Shown: piece by piece, positions 60,504-64,000 of the stretch
Layout of the letters: each line of letters opens with the position of its first letter
How positions within the stretch are numbered: position 1 is the stretch's first letter
Translations under genes and position numbers: made by a program
Notes under the pieces: model-generated
Told to the model about the DNA's origin: nothing
The model's database searches: none
The model's input: only the letters and a program-made list of their open reading frames with translations
DNA from: an uncultured Actinomycetota bacterium
GTDB taxonomy: Bacteria > Actinomycetota > Actinomycetes > Propionibacteriales > Nocardioidaceae
DNA length: 64,000 nucleotides
NCBI GenBank assembly: GCA_963813615.1
Contig: CAWFAE010000016.1
Coordinates: 164,531 to 228,530 of the forward strand
Direction of reading: 5' to 3'

Positions 60504-61666
60504 CAGACGTCGGACTCCTGGGCGCCCGCGCGCGCGTCCTGGGACGCATCGAGGAGGAAGGCGTACTCCGGTCGCCAGGAGAGCTCGACCTTCTCCCCCA
60601 CTCGGAACAGCCGGGTGCGGCCGGTGTTCTGCGCGAAGATCTGGAGCTCCTGGCCCCACGGCATCCGAACGAGGTACTGCGTGCTCACGCCCACGAAGCT
60701 GACGTCGGAGATCACCCCACCGGGCACGGTGTTGCCGGGCGCGTCGAGCTCGATACCCTCTTCCCCGATCAGCACCTTCTCCGGCCGGATGCCGATCCAG
60801 CCGGCATCGCCTTCGACATGTGCCCGCTCGGCGCGGATGGTCACGTCGATGCCGTGCATGTCGACGGTGACCAGGTCGGAGTCGCGGCTCTTGACCGTGC
60901 CCTCGATCAGGTTGGACTGGCCGAGGAAGTTGGCGACGAACGTGCTGCGCGGGTTCTCGTAGAGCTCGGTGGGCGCGCCCATCTGCTCGATGATGCCCTT
61001 GTTCATCACCGCGACCGTGTCGGCCATGGTCATGGCCTCCTCCTGGTCGTGGGTGACGTGCACGAACGTGAGGCCCACCTCGGTCTGGATCCGCTTGAGC
61101 TCGATCTGCATCGCGCGCCGCAGCTTGAGGTCGAGCGCGCCGAGCGGCTCGTCGAGCAGGAGCACCTCGGGCTTGTTGATCAGGGCCCGGGCCAGCGCGA
61201 CCCGCTGCTGCTGGCCGCCGGAGAGCTGGGCCGGCTTCTTGCGCCGCTGTGCCTCGAGCTCGACCAGGGCCAGCATCTCGTCGACCTGCCGCTCGACGTC
61301 CTTGGACTTCCGTCGACGCAGCCCGAAGGCGACGTTCTCGTAGATGTCCAGGTGCGGGAACAGCGCGTAGTTCTGGAAGACCGTGTTGACCGGCCGCCGG
61401 TAGGGCTTGGTGTCGGTGATGTCCTGACCGGCGAGCGTGATCGTCCCCGAGGTGGGGGCCTCCAGGCCCGCCACCATCCGCAGCGTCGTCGTCTTGCCGC
61501 AGCCCGAGGGGCCGAGCAGCGCGAAGAACGAGCCGCGGGGTATGTCGAGATCGAGGTCCTGGACGGCGGTGAAGCCGGCGAACCTCTTCGTGAGCTGGCT
61601 CAGCCGCAGTCCGTCGTACGACGCATCGGTCGCGGGCGGCGCGGTGGCCTCAGCCTGTTGTGACAT
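60503..61666 (-). CDS. potA: polyamine ABC transporter ATP-binding protein, PotA-like
   Basis: GPSGCGKT, NTVFQNYALFPH, LSGGQQQR, LLLDEP. Confidence 0.9.
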   Translation of the reverse strand: MSQQAEATAPPATDASYDGLRLSQLTKRFAGFTAVQDLDLDIPRGSFFALLGPSGCGKTTTLRMVAGLEAPTSGTITLAGQDITDTKPYRRPVNTVFQNYALFPHLDIYENVAFGLRRRKSKDVERQVDEMLALVELEAQRRKKPAQLSGGQQQRVALARALINKPEVLLLDEPLGALDLKLRRAMQIELKRIQTEVGLTFVHVTHDQEEAMTMADTVAVMNKGIIEQMGAPTELYENPRSTFVANFLGQSNLIEGTVKSRDSDLVTVDMHGIDVTIRAERAHVEGDAGWIGIRPEKVLIGEEGIELDAPGNTVPGGVISDVSFVGVSTQYLVRMPWGQELQIFAQNTGRTRLFRVGEKVELSWRPEYAFLLDASQDARAGAQESDV

Positions 61667-62850
61667 CCGACCAGTCTCCTTCGTACTTCTGTTGCTGACG
61701 GTCGTCGAGAGTCATGAAGTCGAACGTGTTCGCGAGCATCGCTTCGTCGGGGAAGATCAGCGGGTTCTCGGCCAGCGAAGGATCGATCTTCTCGATCTCC
61801 TCCCTGGCGCCCTGGACCGGACAGATGTAGTTGACCCACGAGGCGAGCTTGGCGGCGATGTCGGGCCGGTAGAAGAAGTCGATCCACGCCTCGGCGTTCT
61901 CCTGGTGGATGGCCTTGTTGGGGATCAGCATGTTGTCGCTCCAGAGGTTGAGGCCCTCCTCCGGCACGACGAACTTGATGTCCGGGTTGTCGAACTGCGC
62001 CTGGATCACGTCGCCCGACCACGCCTCGCAGGCGTAGAGGTTGCCCTGCGCCAGCTGCTGCAGGTAGTTGTTGCCGGAGAACTGCAGCACCTGCCCGTCC
62101 TCGATCACCTGGGTCAGCTTGTCCATGGCGTTGTCCCAGTCGGCGTCGTCGAAGTTCTCGGGGTCCGCGCCGGTCACCTTGAGCATGAAGCCCATCGTGT
62201 CGGGCATCTCGCTGAGCAGGGTGATCTTGCCCTTGAGGTCCGAACGGGTGATCAGGTCCTCGAAGCTGCCGACCTCGTCGACCTTCGCGGCGTTGTAGGC
62301 GATGCCGGTGAGCCCGCTCTGCCAGGGGGCGTGGTACTCGAGGTCGGGGTCCCACTGCCTGCCCTGCAGCGATTTGATCAGGTTCGCGTGCAGGTTGGGT
62401 ACGGCGTTCGCGTCCAGCGGCTGCACCCAGCCCAGGCCGATCATCCGGGCCGCCATCCAGTCGGTCAGGATCATCATGTCCCGGTCGATCGGCTCGCACT
62501 CGCCGAGCTGGTTCTTCACCTTGGCGTAGAACTCGGCGTTGTCGTTGATGTCGACGTTGTAGGTGACGTCGATCCCGGTGGCGTCGTTGAACCGGCTGCA
62601 TCGTGGACCCGTTGGGGTTCGGCGGGTCGATGTAGCCGGTCCAGTTGGAGATGGTCAGGCTCGGGTCGGACGACGAGACGTCGGTGGCCTTGCAGGTCAG
62701 CGGATCCTGCACGGCACCGTCGACCCCGAAGAACGGCAGCTTGAGGGCGGCGAGGCTCAGTCCGGCGAACGCCGCCACCCCGCCGCCCTTGAGCACCCCC
62801 CGTCGGGAAAGGGTGGAGCGTCGCGCAGGCTGCTGCGGCAGGTTCGACAT
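61650..62850 (-). CDS. potD: polyamine ABC transporter substrate-binding protein, Tat-exported (one frameshift)
   Basis: LSRRGVLK Tat motif; SNWTGYID, PWQSGLTGIAYN, AWSGD, WSDNMLIP. Confidence 0.85.
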
Positions 62851-63005
62851 AGTCCCCCTATTGTGACTCCGCCGTTGCCGGGGATCCTCGCACGCGGTCT
62901 TTCGTCTGACAAGCGATCCAGTCGCTTCGAAACACGCTTGCAACGAAATCCGCGACAGAACCTGCTCCTGGGCACCGAAGCCGAACTCATGCGAGCATCA
63001 TTCCC

Positions 63006-63479
63006 ATGAGCGCGCCCCCGGACCGGCCCGTTGTCCAGCTCGACGACGTCTCCAAGGCAATCATCTCGGAGCTGCAGCAGGACGGCCGTCGCTCGTACGC
63101 CGCGATCGGGAAGGTCGTCGGACTCTCCGAGGCCGCGGTGCGGCAGCGGGTGCAGCGGCTGATCGAGGGCGGGGTGATGCAGATCGTGGCGGTCACCGAC
63201 CCGCTGGAGCTCGGGTTCGGGCGTCAGGCGATGGTCGGGATCCGGGTGTCCGGCCCGGTCTCCCCGGTCGCCGACGCGATCGCCGAGCTCGACGAGGTCG
63301 ACTACGTGGTCGTCACCGCCGGGTCCTTCGACGTCCTGGCCGAGGTGGTCGCCGAGTCCGACGAGGGTCTCCTCGAGATCCTCTCCGACCAGATCCGCAC
63401 GATCCCCGGCGTGGTGACCACCGAGACGTTCGTCTACCTGCGGCTCCGCAAGCAGACCTACTCCTGGGGGGTCCGATGA
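63006..63479 (+). CDS. Lrp/AsnC family transcriptional regulator
   Basis: LQQDGRRSYAAIGKVVGLSEAAVRQRV, TAGSFD. Confidence 0.93.
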   Translation: MSAPPDRPVVQLDDVSKAIISELQQDGRRSYAAIGKVVGLSEAAVRQRVQRLIEGGVMQIVAVTDPLELGFGRQAMVGIRVSGPVSPVADAIAELDEVDYVVVTAGSFDVLAEVVAESDEGLLEILSDQIRTIPGVVTTETFVYLRLRKQTYSWGVR

Positions 63480-64000
63480 CCACGACGGAGGCCCATCTCA
63501 AGTCCGACGCGATCGGCTTCGTCGACGCGCTCGTGATCGGCCTCGCGGCCACGTCGCCGGCGTACTCGCTGGCCGCGGTGATCGGTCCGATCGCGGCCCT
63601 GGTGGGTATCTACGCCCCCGGCGTACTGCTGGCCAGCTTCGTGCCGATGATGCTGATCGCCACCGCGTTCCTCTACCTCAACCGGGTCGACCAGGACTGC
63701 GGTACGACGTTCAGCTGGGTCACCCGGGCGATGGGGCCGTGGGCCGGCTGGCTCGGCGGCTGGGCGATCACGATGACCGGCGTGCTGGTGATCGGGTCGC
63801 TCGCCGACGTCGGCGTCCGGTTCGGGCTCTACACCGTCGGCCTCGACAGCTGGGGCGACGAGACCTGGGTCCGGATGCCGCTGGCGATCCTGCTGATCCT
63901 GGTGATGACGTACATCTGCGTGCTCGGCACCGACATCTCCGCCCGGCTGCAGAACGCGCTGATCTTCGGCCAGGTCGGTGCATTGCTGGTGTTCGCCGGC
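63476..64000 (+). CDS. APC family amino acid/polyamine permease (runs off window)
   Basis: From ATG 63476: ...IGLAATSPAYSLAAVIG...LNRVDQDCGTTFSWVTRAMGPWAGW. Confidence 0.85.
   Translation, partial: MTTTEAHLKSDAIGFVDALVIGLAATSPAYSLAAVIGPIAALVGIYAPGVLLASFVPMMLIATAFLYLNRVDQDCGTTFSWVTRAMGPWAGWLGGWAITMTGVLVIGSLADVGVRFGLYTVGLDSWGDETWVRMPLAILLILVMTYICVLGTDISARLQNALIFGQVGALLVFAG

Overview
High-GC actinobacterial chromosome segment. Gene content and repeat style suggest Nocardioidaceae, which is an inference. Many essential and housekeeping genes are broken by single-base indels, densely in about the first 30 kb and sparsely after that. This looks like uncorrected long-read error, so gene boundaries are reconstructed across frames and approximate. 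Contents in order: leuS (5' part) with a Leu-leader attenuator; lipid and oxidoreductase genes (SDR, BVMO, AidB-like, FadD19-like with a KstR box); tRNA-Ala(GGC) with two degenerate downstream copies; proA...nadD-rsfS; a stand-alone LigD polymerase domain; a secreted lysyl-oxidase-like protein; etfBA; a complete GlgE alpha-glucan pathway (glgX, glgP, glgE-treS-mak-glgB); a polyamine uptake/catabolism set split by about 15 kb of accessory genes; and ppk2. The strongest candidate for an undescribed system lies between glgP and glgE. It is a small stand-alone GIY-YIG nuclease gene surrounded by five palindromic repeat modules that share a strand-specific hairpin design (tandem GA/GA mismatches, GNA/GNNA-type loops). 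A related solo palindrome lies about 11 kb away. The layout resembles REP/RAYT but has a GIY-YIG nuclease in place of an HUH transposase.
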